Assembly: GCF_016433145.1 (NCBI RefSeq)
Contig: NC_058130.1
Span: 769,627,442 to 769,686,738, forward strand
DNA length: 59,297 bases
Reading direction: 5' to 3'
Source: Gracilinanus agilis
Taxonomy: Eukaryota
The position numbers and the translations under genes were made by a program. This document shows, in pieces, positions 47,778 to 59,297 of this stretch (position 1 is the first letter of the stretch; every line of letters starts with the position of its first letter). The notes beneath the pieces are model-generated. The model saw nothing but the letters and a program-made list of their open reading frames with translations. It was not told the DNA's origin and did no database searches.

Positions 47778-47918
47778 AAGCGCCACCATGTCCTGCAGAC
47801 TGCCCACCCCTCTCCGCTCTCTGCCTATCGAGGGTTCTTTGGGTGCCAGCATTTCTCCAAGACCAACGAGTTGCTCAAGAAGTCTGGCAAGAAGCCAATT
47901 GATTGGAAAGCTCTTTGA
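47778..47918 (+). CDS. UNG: UNG last exon (HPSPLS leucine-intercalation loop; stop TGA)
   Basis: ctccag|AAG...; [46 protein letters not shown]. Confidence 0.98.
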   Translation, partial: KRHHVLQTAHPSPLSAYRGFFGCQHFSKTNELLKKSGKKPIDWKAL

Positions 47919-48898
47919 AGTCCTTGGAGCTGGTCTGGAGGGAAGGGTCCATCTCTCTTGGCTTTGAAAAGCTCTTTTTGTTGGGGGCCTGGGGTGGGGG
48001 ATTTGTCTGATGGTCCAAGTCTAATAGAGAAAACAATGGCGGGACCCCCTCTTGGGGGCCTGAGAAGTATCCAGAAAGACTGAAGGTGGCCCTGAGCCAG
48101 AGCACCTGCTCGGGATGCCAACCGTTAGTCTGAGGCTTTCTCGAGCTGGTCAGTGGGGAAAGGGTGGTGCCCCTTTGTTCGAGGCAGCTGAAACGTTGCT
48201 TTGCATCGGCTAACCTGGGCTGTCCACCCTGTGGGTTTGGGTCATTTTATTAATTTGCTGGTCTACAAGGAAAAGCGGATGATCCCTTGGAGCTCTGCAG
48301 AAGGGAGGCGGCCTCTGGAGGCTGAAGGGAGGAGGGGGCTCCATTTTAGCTCAGGGGGATTGAGGGAGCCCCCGCCATGGGGAACATTCAGAAAGATCCG
48401 CTGGGGTGATTCACAAACACTTGGGGGAAGGTGGGAAATTCTGGTTCTGGTTCTGGTTCTTTTAACTGAGATGCCAAAGTAGAGAGGTTTGCTCGGCCCG
48501 GAGGAGGCCATGACAATCCACAAGTTCTTGGGCAGTCCTGAGAATACAAACAGGACTTCCTCTCCAAAGGAACGGACATCCTGTGCCGGACGGAGCATTC
48601 TGGGGGCCGGCCAGGAAGCCGGCTGTCTGTCTGTCTTTGGGGATAGGGGATGGGGCAAGGGGCTCTCATGGAACAAAAGCCCCTCCTTCTGTGCCCCTCT
48701 GACCAAAGCAGCAGCACTGACTGACGGTAGCAAATGTATACAACCAGTTTGACACTTTTTATACGAAGGATGTTTTGTTCTCTTATTTTTTTTAATCGTT
48801 TTTACAGACTTTTAGTTTTTTATGGGGGGCTGCGTCAATCCACCACAGATGGGGGTGTCTGGCTTGTGCTGCTATGGGGGCCTTGGGCTGATCTGGGT

Positions 48899-48904
48899 AA
48901 TAAA
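48899..48904 (+). terminator. AATAAA poly(A) signal candidate of UNG
   Basis: First AATAAA noticed, ~1 kb after the stop and just before SINE-derived sequence. Confidence 0.6.
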
Positions 48905-49799
48905 ACACGATTTGATTCTTGTGTTGAAAGAGGAGGTCCTGGGTTCGGATTTGGTCTCAGCCGCTTCCTAGTCACGTGTTTGCGGGTGCTGGGATCCTGG
49001 GATCCTGGGCTTTAGCCCAAAGTACCCGCCAATGTCTTTTCTGGGGTTCCATTGAGGCCCTCCAGTCATTTGTGAAATGCTGACAAAGCCCCTGGCTTGT
49101 AAGGGCTGGAGAGAGGTGTTCTTCATGATGGCAGGGTGCCCGAGGACCAGGGCAGGCCCGCCCTTCAGATGGAGCTTCAAGGCACTTCCTAGCTGGGTGA
49201 CCCTGGCCGAGTCCCTTCACCCCATGGCCCCGCCCTTGCCAGTTGACCCCAAGACCCAAAGGAAGGGTTAAAAACAGGCATGCCCTGGGGGGGAGGGGCG
49301 CCCTTGTGTGCTGTTGGTACCATGCAAAAGCAAGGGGCAGCAGGTGCCTGGACACCCGATGGGCTGGGGCGGGCACCAGGAATTGTTTTAGTTCCCAAAG
49401 CGGAAGAGTGGCAAGGCCTTGGAAATTGGGGTTAAGTGACTTGCCCAGGGTCTCTTGAGGGTGCATTTGAATCCAGGGCTGCCCCCCTCTTCACCAGACC
49501 TGGCGGTTTGTTGTCCCCAGAGCAACCTAGTGTCCGTCCCCCTCCCCCCCCCCAGACTGAACTCCCTGAGGACAGGGCTGCCTTTCCTCAGGCCCAGCTA
49601 GGTGCACACCTGACACCCTGTAGGCAGTCTTTGGGGTCGCATTGAATTTCTTCACACTGACCGGCTCTGAGAGTCTGGGCAATGCCGGGGTCAAGACCAG
49701 GAGGAGGGCAGAGGATGCCAGGAGTGGGAGAAGCGAGAGCAGGACTGGCTTTGCCCTGGGCACCGGGTAGCTATCGAAGGTTCGAGAGGGAGATCCCGG

Positions 49800-50130
49800 C
49801 TTCCAGGAGCCCAGGAAGCGAAGCGGGGCGGGGCGGGGCTCAGGTGGGGTCGCCGTGGCAACCATTGTGGGCGTCGAAGGCGGTGGCAGGGCGGCCTCGC
49901 CCTCGCAGCGGCTGCCTCCTCCCACTCCCAGCTCCCCTGGGCGCCGCCCCTCTTCCACCATGTCTAGGTAAGCCCTCGGGCGGGGATAGGAGAGTGCCGC
50001 CTCCTGTTGCTCACGTGACCTTGCCCCGCCCCCTCAGGTTATTGCTTCTTGCTGGGAGGCTGCGCGGGAGGGGGGGCGGCCGGGGACCCCAAACCGGGCT
50101 CATCCCCCCTGGGCCGGGCGCCCCAGAGTT
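49800..50130 (+). promoter_or_regulatory. CpG island with a probable first exon of the downstream gene (ACACB by synteny), donor at 49967/49968
   Basis: Tandem GC boxes at 49825-49839; CCACCATGTCTAG|gtaagc; TCACGTGA E-box at ~50012-50019. Gene identity inferred from human gene order only. Confidence 0.5.
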
Positions 50131-53100
50131 CACGGGATGAACTTCCGCCGCTCAGGGAGGCGCCAGGATTGGGATTCCCGTTCTCCAGAGCAAGAAACTG
50201 AGGCAGGCATGACTTGTGGAGGTTTTCCCCTATTGCACACCTGGGGCTCTCCTCCTCCCTCCCAAACGTTTTTCTCCTTTAGCCCCATCCCTTCGGTTTT
50301 AGAATCAATCCTGGGGAGCTCGGCTTTGGGGGTTAAGTGACTCGCCCAGGGTCACCTAGCTAGGTAGTGTCCGCGCCACGTTGGCCCCGGGGACCTTCGG
50401 CCGGGATGGTGGATTTGCTGCCGCCGGGGGCAGGGGCTGAGCTGGAAGTCTGGTTCTCCCAGCATCCCCCATTGGCCAGCCCCAGCCGCGTGTCCCTGGA
50501 GAGGAGGCGGGGCGCCTCCAAGTGCTGGCAGAGCCCCCACCGGAAGGGGGAGCACTTTGGGGGCGCTAATACGTTCGTTTGGGGCAGGGTGCTAGCGAGA
50601 TGGGGATGTAGCCGGCAGCTCAGTGGCCACAGGCCCCCCTGGACAGGGAAGGTCCTGGGTTAGCTGAGTGACCCTGAGCAAGTCACTCACCCCCAAGGCC
50701 CAGCCCTTCCTGCTCCTCCCTCAGAAGAGGCTCAGACAGTTGGGAAGATCTTGAAAAACCCAATCTAGCACTCAGAGCCCTCCTGGAGCACGGGACCAGG
50801 CCTGAGCCCTGGGTTCCAGTCCAGCCTCAGACCCTTGCCAGGTGGGCTAGCCCTTCCCGGTGTTCCGCCCTGGAACTATTCTGAGTCAAGGGAAGGGACA
50901 CGTCGCTGGAGGCCCAGGAGGGAGCCGGCACTGGGGAGGAGAGCCCCCAGCGGGAATGGCTAGCAGGAGAGGCGGGGAGGAGGGTGCCAGGAGAAGGGCT
51001 GCCTCGCCTGCGAGCAGGAGGACCTTGGGGGTGATGAGGCAGGCCCTGGAGAAGGCTGCCTGGGCCTCCCCAACTCTGCTTCTTGGGGTGTGGGGGGAAA
51101 GCCCGAGGCTGGGCTGGCCTAGGGCTGCTCCAGGGGGGTGAGAGGGAGAGAGAGTGGGACATTGGGAGACCCCGGGAGGAGGAGGGACCCCAGAGTCTGA
51201 TTAGATAAAGGGGTGGCAGGGCAAATCCCAGCTCTGCAGGGTGACCTTTAGCAAGTGTGCCGGCCTCTGTGGGCCTCGGTTTCCTTAGGTATAAAGTAGG
51301 GGGCCGGTAACGGTAATAGACCCTGCCTGGCTGGTGACCCTGGGCAAGTCCCTTACCCGCCCCCCCTGCCCAGCCCTCACCGCTCTGCTGCCTGGGAGGG
51401 TTTAAATAACGAGGAATGTGGCTGGAGGATGTCAGGATGCCCGCTCAGGTCGGGGCTGGGACTGTGCCCCTGGATGTCCAGTTTTGCTGATATCTCTGGT
51501 GTGTTTGGGGGAGAAGCTTGTTTGAATGGCCTGGGCCTCAGTTTCCTCCACAGGACGATGAGGGGGTCAGAGGAGCTGCCCTGGAAGCTCCCTGCCAGCT
51601 CTGAGGGCCAGACTGGACAGCTGGCCGCTGGTCATGCCCATGGGTGCCCCCCTTGGCCCTGGGTGTTTGCTACTTTTCCCAGAAACTTTGTCTGACTGTT
51701 GGTCTGACCTGACCCCGGGGTAAGCGTTGGCCACCCCCTCCCTTTGGGTCTGGGGTTCCAAGCTGGCCCCAGAGGAAGTCTGGCACCCTTCAGGAGACTC
51801 AGACCTGGGCTGGACTCGAGGTGACCTTTGTCCCAAATAGCCGTCTTCTCCCTCTGCTAACTCCTGGCTGCCGTGGTCAGGCCGGGGCCCCCCCAGATCC
51901 ACAGGGGCCTGCACTGGGGCTTTTCCCCCCCTTCCTAAAGGCACGAGTCTCAGAGGAAAAAGTCCGAGGTGACTTGCATAATGGTTAAGAGTCAGGTGAT
52001 TTGGGGACACTTGGAAGCTTTAACCCCTTAAAGCCTCTGCCCGGTGAAATGTGACAGCATTGGGCCCCCAGGGCAGAGCTGGGAGTCAGGCGTCACCCCT
52101 CTGCCCCTGCAGGGGTCTCAGGAGCGCCCAGTTCCGTTTGCCCCCAGAAGGGCTGGCCCGTGGGGGCTGCAGACTTTCTTCCGTCCCATTTCCCTGTTAT
52201 CCTTGGAAGGAAAACCCCTCAGGAGTGGGGCAGATCCGGGCCACGTGCCCCACGCCCCCAGCTGGCTCCTCGCCCAGGGCTGCCCGGGGCGGGTTGCCAG
52301 GCGCCCCTCAGGGGGGTTTCTGGGGCGTCCCAAGGGCTGCCCCTCGGCACTGCAGTGGTTAAATGCTCCCAGGGTATTTTTAAACCTCCGGGCCCTTGAA
52401 TGTGACTGTGACATTTAGAGCGGCCAGCAAAGTGCCTTCTCGGAGGGAGGCCAGCGGCCGGCCAGCCCCGACCCTCGCGGCAGGTGGGCAAGGACATGGG
52501 CAGAGCCACCGCCCCCAGCCAGGCCGCCCGGTAAGTCCGCCGCCCCCCGACTCCCCAGACTGGTTAGGAGGGCTGAGTCACAGGCAGAGGAGCTGAGGGC
52601 AGTTGATCTTGGCAAAAACATGCCGTTTTGTTCAAAGAGAGACTTCCAGGGGAAAGTTGAGTCCCAGCATTCTGGGGCCTTCCAGCAGATCCAGCTGTCC
52701 CCGGAGCCAAGGCTCCCTCCTGCGGCTGCTCTTCTGGGGGGCTCCTCACCGAGCCCCCTCGGACTCCCTGAGGGAGGGAATTTCTGCCCTTTGAAAGTTC
52801 TGGTTCCGATCCAGGAAAGGGCAGCAGCTTCTCCAAATGGTCTACAAAACGCCACGCCCCAGGACTCCCTTCCACAGAGGGCCCGCCTCTCGGGGGTCCC
52901 GCCAGCCTGGGCCTGCCTCCTTACTGACCTTGGCCCGCTCCACCGGAGAATTCTCCCTGGAGATGAGGCCTTCCGGAGAAGCCTTGGGTCTCCGGGGAAA
53001 CTCCTTCCTGTCCCCCGAGTTCAGGGTTCAGGAAATTTGAGGCTAGGACAGGGGGAACCCGGGTTCCAATCCTGCTTCTGTCGCTTCCTCCCCAGGGGGC

Positions 53101-55119
53101 CCTGGGCCTCACGTGTCCAATAAAAGGGGTCTCCCAGCCCTCTCCGGCTTTCATCTTTGGGCCCATGACAGATACCGTCGGGGATCTGAATGGAATTTGT
53201 GTGTCACCAGAGTCCCGTGTACGTCCTGGTCCGGTTTGTGTGACCATTTGTGCCCCAGAGCGCTCCTTCCCGGGTGCTCCAGGCCCCGTGACGGCGAGGG
53301 CTGAGGGGGAGGCAGTGAGGAGCTGCTGGGTACAGGGGCAGCCCTGAGCAAGATGTTGCAATGAGCTTTGGCTTCCTCCCGTTCGCCTTTCCCCTCCCTT
53401 ATCTCGCTGTCCCCTTCTGCCCCAGTCTCCCCACGCCGCCTTCCAGGGGGCCACCTAAGGCTTCCTGACCTTCCTGTTGCTTCATCTTTGAATGGCACTG
53501 AAAATCCGTTTCCCTGCAGCCAAAGTGGGAGGCGGGAGGGCGAGAGTGTCACCAGAGGACCGAGTCTGTGTCCTGGCCATGCGAGCCCTGCTCGGACCTC
53601 TGTGTTCTCCTCTGTAAGACGAACGGGTCGCATGCGTGGTCTGCGGTGCCTTATTTTCCTCTTCTCCCCTCAAACCAAGAGGCCCCCCCACGGGGCGAAG
53701 CCAGGAAAAAAGGCTTAGAAGGCAGCAGCAGGAGCTTTCAGGTCTTCTTTAACGCCATCAAGGCACCACGGTTGGCTTTGGCTTCATCCTCGGGTGCCTG
53801 GACTGAGGCGTGAACTAATCAAGCTTTAAACTTCCCCAGAGTCAGGCTCTCCTACTTGGATGTCGATTCAGCGTTCAGGGAGCAGCTGGGCAGCTCATTG
53901 GATGGAGAGCCAGGCCTAGAGACCGGAGGTCCTGGATTCCAATGTGGCTTCAGATGCTTCCTAGCTGTGTGACCCTGGGCAAGTCACTTCACCCCCATGG
54001 CTCTTCTGCCCTGGAAGCACCACACAGAACTGATCTAAGATGGAAGGTGAGGTTCTGAGGTTCAGAGCTGGAAAAGCCCATGGGAAGCTTCTGTCCCCCT
54101 ATTTAGAGCCAAATGCCAGACCACCCCGAGCTAGGAAGGAGCAGAACCGCCCCCCAAACTTATCTCTGTAATGAAGTCTCTTCTCTGTCTGGCCTGACGG
54201 CCCCAACAGGCTCGGTCCTCAAGACTTCACCGAGATGCCCTCCGTGTCCTAGGGAGGCAGACAGGGAAGGGGCAGCGGCTGTTCTTCAGGAGCGAAGACT
54301 GCCTAGACGCTGCCCTCTTCCCTCCGTCACCTCTGAATGGAGGGACTGAGGCCCTCCCCACAAGCTGCGTCTCGTCCTCTGTGGTCCCCTCCTTTCGCCT
54401 TCGGTCTGTGGACACCAGGGATGCCTCCGCTGAGGCCTGGCTCCTCCTGGCATGGCCAACGCCTGGCAGCTTCCGCCTCGCTGTTTGTCCTTCCGGGGAA
54501 GAGGCTCCGGGTGGGATGTCCTCGCCATCTGAGGGGCTCTCCGGCGGCTTCGCCAGGGCCTCGCTTGTGCGGGGCTCAGCCTTCCTTACGGACATGGAGA
54601 CTGAGGAAGCCAGAGCTTCGCCCTCCAGGGCGGCGTCCGTGTCTGTCTGCGTCTAGCTCTCTGCACGTCGCTGTCCATTCTGTGTCTGGTGCTACGTGCC
54701 ACGTATCCGTGCGTGTGCGGCTCTCTAGAAGTACACGTCTGTGTGTCTTTGTCCCCGTGGCTGTACACACAGGTGTACGTACAACACAGATGTCAACAGC
54801 GAGGGGGTCGGACCGGGGCAGGAAAGCCCCAGAATCCCAGGAGATCCAAAGGCCTCGGGCCCAACGTGAAAGAAATGAGGGAGTCGGAGACACGGGTGGG
54901 ATGGAGCAGGGGCAAGTCCATTTCCGGCTCTCCGGCGGCGTCTAGCCAGAACAAAGGCACCCTTACCCAGAACCGGGAGATCGCAAGAGCACCGTCTGAG
55001 AGTGGGAAGGGGCCTCAACTCCAGTCTCCTCAAAGGATTTGAACCCAACCTCTTTTATTATTAAAAAAAAGTATTATTGTTATTTTTCATTTCATGAGTA
55101 TTTTAAAAATTAATCTAGT

Positions 55120-55325
55120 GGGGCAGCTGGGTGGCTCAGTGGATAGAGATCTCATCAGGCTTAGAGAGAGGCAGTGTTGGGTTCAAATGGGGCCTCAGAC
55201 ACTTCCTAGCTGTGTGACCCTGGGCAAGTCACTTGACCCCTGTTTGCCTAGTCCTTACCGCTCTTCTGCCTTGGAGCATTTAATACACAGTATTGATTCT
55301 AAAACAAAGGTAAAGGTTTAAAAAC
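55120..55325 (+). mobile_element. Marsupial SINE, full length
   Basis: ggggcagctgggtggctcagtggatagag...aaggtaaaggtttaaaa. Confidence 0.85.
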
Positions 55326-57578
55326 AAAAATTAATCTCTCCCTTCTGATAGTCTTCCCCTCTCCCCACATTGAGCAAATTAAGAAGGAAAAAAAAAATGT
55401 TTTTAAGCACAAAGAGAAAAACAGATGCCTGCTTTCTCATAGGCTGGTGAAACAAATCTCCACACTGGCTGGGGCCAGACATGCCCGTCCGCCTGCATTC
55501 TAAGTTCATCGCCCGCCGCTCTGTGAGGAGGTGAGCAGGGACTTTCGTCTTCACTTCTTGGATTTGGGGTTTCTCATTGCAATGATCCAAGGTCTCCCTC
55601 CTGAGCCCTGTCCACCGGGCTTCGGGGGAGAGGCAGCCCGTCAGGTGGGCATCGACCCTTAAATGCCGACTCTGTGCCCAGCCCTGGCAAGGAGCCAGAG
55701 TTACAAAGACGAGGGAAAAGAATTCCTGTCCTCAGGCAGCTTACGTTCTCCTGGGGCGCGGGAGACAACAGCTACGCCTCTATGTAGGAAGGTGGGGACC
55801 AGTTAGGCTTGCTGGGGCTCGGTCTCATTCCATCCTTCCCACCACCTAAGGAGGAGGGGAGGGCTACTATTATCTCCCATTTTACAGATGAGGAAACCAA
55901 AGTCCAGAATGGGTAAGCAATTTACCCAACGTCCCACAGGGCATGAATATCCTGGTGGGCCCCTCTGGGGACCTCCACCAGCCTTCGGGGGACCTTGCTG
56001 TGTAATGAGGCTGGGGTTTCAGAAGCTAAGTACGGGGGGCAGCTGGGAGGCTCCATCGATGGAGATGGGAGGTCCTGGATTCAAATGTGGCCTCAGACAC
56101 TTCCCAGCTGTGTGACGACTCACTTGACCCCCTTTGCCTAGCCCTTCCCACCCTTCTGCCTTGGAACCAGCACACAGTGTTGATCCCAGGATGGAAGGTG
56201 AGGGTTTAAAGACAGACAAGGCCAGCACACCTGCTTACTTAGCCCTGGTAGGCCAGAGAGAACCCCCAGTGCCCCAGGGGATTGGGTGGGAGGCTGACAG
56301 ACTCCGATCTATGATTTGGGAAGGCCACCATCGGCCGAGTAGTCTGGATCAGAAAAGGCCGGGGCACCCATTGGGAGGCCACAGCTGTGAATCCAGGTGA
56401 CCAGATGGAACCACAGCCTGGATCTGGGTGCGGCTGTGGAAATGGCGCCCGGATGAATGGCCTGCCTGGCTTTCATGCTGGCGAGAACTGCCTAAGTCTT
56501 GCTTTCTGTGGTTTGACTTGTATTCTCACGTGAGGATGGTGGTTCTGCTCCAAGTATGGGGGCTCACTTAAGCCAACAGATGATGGCTAGCCTCTCAGAC
56601 TCCTCCACGGCCCATTAGAGAAGTAGAGATTGCCCTACTCAGACAAGCCTCGTGTGGGCCCTGTGGCCTCCGAGGGCCACTCACCAGCCATGGAGTCTTT
56701 AGCCATGTCCAACTGAGGGGAAAGGGAAAAAGAAAAATGGCCATCATCCCCGTGAAGGCCCGTGTTGGCCTCCGTGCTGGCCTCCATGATGGCACCCAAA
56801 AGAAAGAGGAAAGAGGGCTCTAGGAGTCACCTCATCAGTCACAGGCTGTCAGCCCTGAATGGGAGCCAATCTTTGTTCAGAAGTGCGTGAGGGAATGTAT
56901 TGCTGGCCTCTGTGAGCTGCGGACAGTCGCCCATGGGGTGGAATCTTCATTTAAAACAACACCAAGCATAGATTCCAAGACCCTCTGCCTAAGCAGGAAA
57001 CTTCCGTATCTTACTTTACCCCGTAATGTTTCTTAAAACCCTGAAGTAATAATTATAGAACAATCATAAAAGATCATTGTCTGCCTGGCATTTGTCACCA
57101 TCCTTCTTAGAATCAATACTGTGTATTGGTTCCAAGGCAGAAGAGTGGTAAGGGCTAGGCAATGAGGGTGAAGTGACTTGCCCAGGGTCACACAGCCGGG
57201 AAGCGTCTGAGGCCAGTTTTGAATTGCCTAGCAATTTTAAGGTTTGCAAAGTGCTTTGACATATATCATCCCTTTTGCTTCTCCTAGCTACTCAGTTAGG
57301 TTGGGTGCTCATTTTGTCCTTTTTTACAGATGAGGAAACTGAGACTGGGTCCCATAGCTAGTTCTCCCCTGAGGCAAGACTCAGACTCCGAGAATACCCT
57401 AGTCATTATACTCCAGAGAATCTCAAGAAAAATGGTTTTGACTTGATTTTATCATGCAAAGGGAAAGTAGCATGCAGGTTGCTGTTAAGTCACTTAATTA
57501 GCTGAATCCATAATTGCCCCAAACCCACCTTGACCCAATTTTAAGCCACTTGCTCTTTTTTTAAAATATTTTTATTGT

Positions 57579-57777
57579 GGGCAGCTAGGTAGCTCAGTGG
57601 ATGGAGAACCAGACCTAGAGACGGGAGGTCCTGGGTTCAAATCTAGCCTCAGACACTTCCCAGCTGTGTGACCTTGGACAAGTCACTTGACCCCCATTGT
57701 CTAGCCCTTACTACTCTTCTACCTTAGAGCCAATACACAGTATTGACTCCAAGATGGAAGGTGAGGGTTTAAAAAAT
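57579..57777 (+). mobile_element. Marsupial SINE, near consensus
   Basis: gggcagctaggtagctcagtggatggag...gactccaagatggaaggtgagggtttaaaaaa. Confidence 0.85.
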
Positions 57778-58098
57778 ACATATTTTTTTTATTTTTTAAT
57801 CTGCAAGCTTCTTTTCCATCCTTACATTCCCATTTGGGGTGACAATCCCTGTTTTTGGACACATGTCCAAAAATGTCTGTTTCTACTTAACTTTTTTTTT
57901 GTTTTTGTTTTCAAACCCTTACCTTCTGTCTTAGAAGAGTTAAACCCAGGATGTACAGTCTCTAGGCCTGGCTCTCCATCCACTGAGCTACCCAGCTGTC
58001 CCCCACTTAACTTGTTTTTGAGCCCGATGCTGTTGGTGAGATAGTACTAAGAGCATTATGCTGAGAGTTGGGAAATCTGGGGTCTAATTGTGGCTCTT

Positions 58099-58298
58099 TT
58101 TTTTAAACCCTCACCTTCCATCTTGGAGTCAACACTGTGTATTGGCTCCAAGGCAGAAGAGTAGTAAGGGCTAGACAATGGGGGTTAAGTGACTTGCCCA
58201 GGGTCACACAGCTGGGAAGTGTCTGAGGCCAGATTTGAATCCAGGACCTCCCGTCTCTAGGCCTGGCTCTCCATCCACTGAGCTACCCAACTGCCCCC
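58099..58298 (-). mobile_element. Young marsupial SINE with TSD
   Basis: TSD ATTGTGGCTCTT at 58087-58098 and 58301-58312. Confidence 0.88.
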
Positions 58299-58386
58299 TG
58301 ATTGTGGCTCTTGACCTTAATAGGCTGCATGTCTTTGGCAAAGTTGTTTCCCTTATCTGGGCCGAAAGTTTTTCCTCTATCTAGTG

Positions 58387-58579
58387 CAGTGGTTCCCAAA
58401 CGTTTTTGGCCTACCTCCCCCTTTCCAGAAAAAATATTACTTAGCGCCCCTGGAAATTAATTAAAAAAATTTTAATAGCAATTAATAGGAAAGATAAATG
58501 CACCTGTGGCCATCACCGCCTCCCCTAGATCGCTGCAGCACCCACCAGGGGGCGGTAGTGCCCACTTTGGGAATCACTG
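58387..58579. mobile_element. Non-autonomous hAT/Charlie-type DNA transposon (MITE, 193 bp)
   Basis: TIRs CAGTGGTTCCCAAAC and CTTTGGGAATCACTG; 8-bp TSD atctagtg/atttaatg (6 of 8, nTCTAGnn-type). Confidence 0.85.
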
Positions 58580-59297
58580 ATTTAATGGAGAATTGGATCA
58601 CATGATTTCTGACAGTCACTTTCAGTCTTCAATCTAAGATGGCATTTGGCCCAGAAAAGATTTTAATTTCTGCTTTCTCCCCTCCCTGGGAGCTGATAAT
58701 TAATTCTTCACTTAAAGTGTTTGATTTTTTTTTTCCCCTTCATAAAGCACAATATTTCCTGGCACTTTGGTCTCCCAGAGTAAAAAGAAAGTTGTCTAGA
58801 TGTGGCTAGGTGGCATAGTGGATAGTTACCAGGTCTGTGTTTAAATGTGGCCTCAGATACTTCCTAGCTGTGTGACGGTGGGGAAGTCATGCAACCCCAA
58901 ATTCATAGCTCTTGCTGCTCTTCTGTCTTAGAGTTGATAATAAGACAGATAATAAGGAAGAAAGGAAAGGAGGGAGGNGAAGTCTTATAGTTATATGATG
59001 TTACATGAAAAGTCAAAGAAAGAGGAAGTAGGAGCTATTTCTTTTTTTTAAACTAATTTTTAAAAGGTTCTCATCCTTTCCACCCTCCCCCTTCCCGCCA
59101 TCTGCGTCATAGGGCAGAGGAAGACCAATGGAAGATTAATTTTTTGTTTCATATAAAAGCAATATGTCCTTCCAATTTGGAACCACCACATGTCTTCCCC
59201 CCAAACCCCCAAGTGCTAAATGATATATGGTTAATCAGAAGCAGTTAGGGAATATATTCTTGCTCTGAACAAACAATGATGTATAATTATGAGATTT

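Noticed and set aside
50002-50018. Possible ChREBP ChoRE (CTCCTG-n5-CACGTG)
   Set aside because: The second half-site has two mismatches to consensus; only the single E-box is supportable.
58970-58985. Ambiguous base (n) in a purine run
   Set aside because: Assembly ambiguity, not biology.
50130-59297. ACACB coding exons
   Set aside because: No sequence encoding a recognisable ACC2 N-terminus or biotin carboxylase was found; the many ORFs here are GC-rich noise.

Overview
Vertebrate genomic DNA, most likely a didelphid marsupial such as opossum, inferred from dense SINE1_Mdo/WSINE-like SINEs, MIRs and marsupial-type L2/L1 relics. The window is syntenic to human 12q24.11 (USP30-ALKBH2-UNG-ACACB). 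USP30 (+) has 12 coding exons at 3126-22998 with intact splice sites and catalytic motifs; its first coding exon was not found in the window. ALKBH2 (-) has 3 coding exons at 28695-24979 (261 aa) and sits tail-to-tail with USP30. UNG (+) has the classic UNG2 (exon 1A) and UNG1 (exon 1B) dual-promoter layout and ends at 47918. A CpG island near 49.8-50.1 kb holds a probable ACACB first exon (synteny only). Main unexplained structures: (1) a ~2.5 kb decayed antisense insert in USP30 intron 11 with collinear motif matches to filovirus nucleoprotein (candidate endogenous viral element, hand-aligned from memory, unverified); (2) a tandem array of 8 L2 3'-end units abutting the UNG promoter, with a CpG-decay gradient; (3) an antisense solo LTR with a 4-bp TSD; (4) a GC-enriched L1 ORF2 relic upstream of ALKBH2; (5) a hAT MITE carrying a CTCF core; (6) loss of the ALKBH2 APIM PCNA-binding motif. 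Repeat family names and comparisons with reference proteins come from recall, not database searches. Repeat boundaries are approximate unless a TSD is given. Most entries in the supplied ORF track are non-coding noise.
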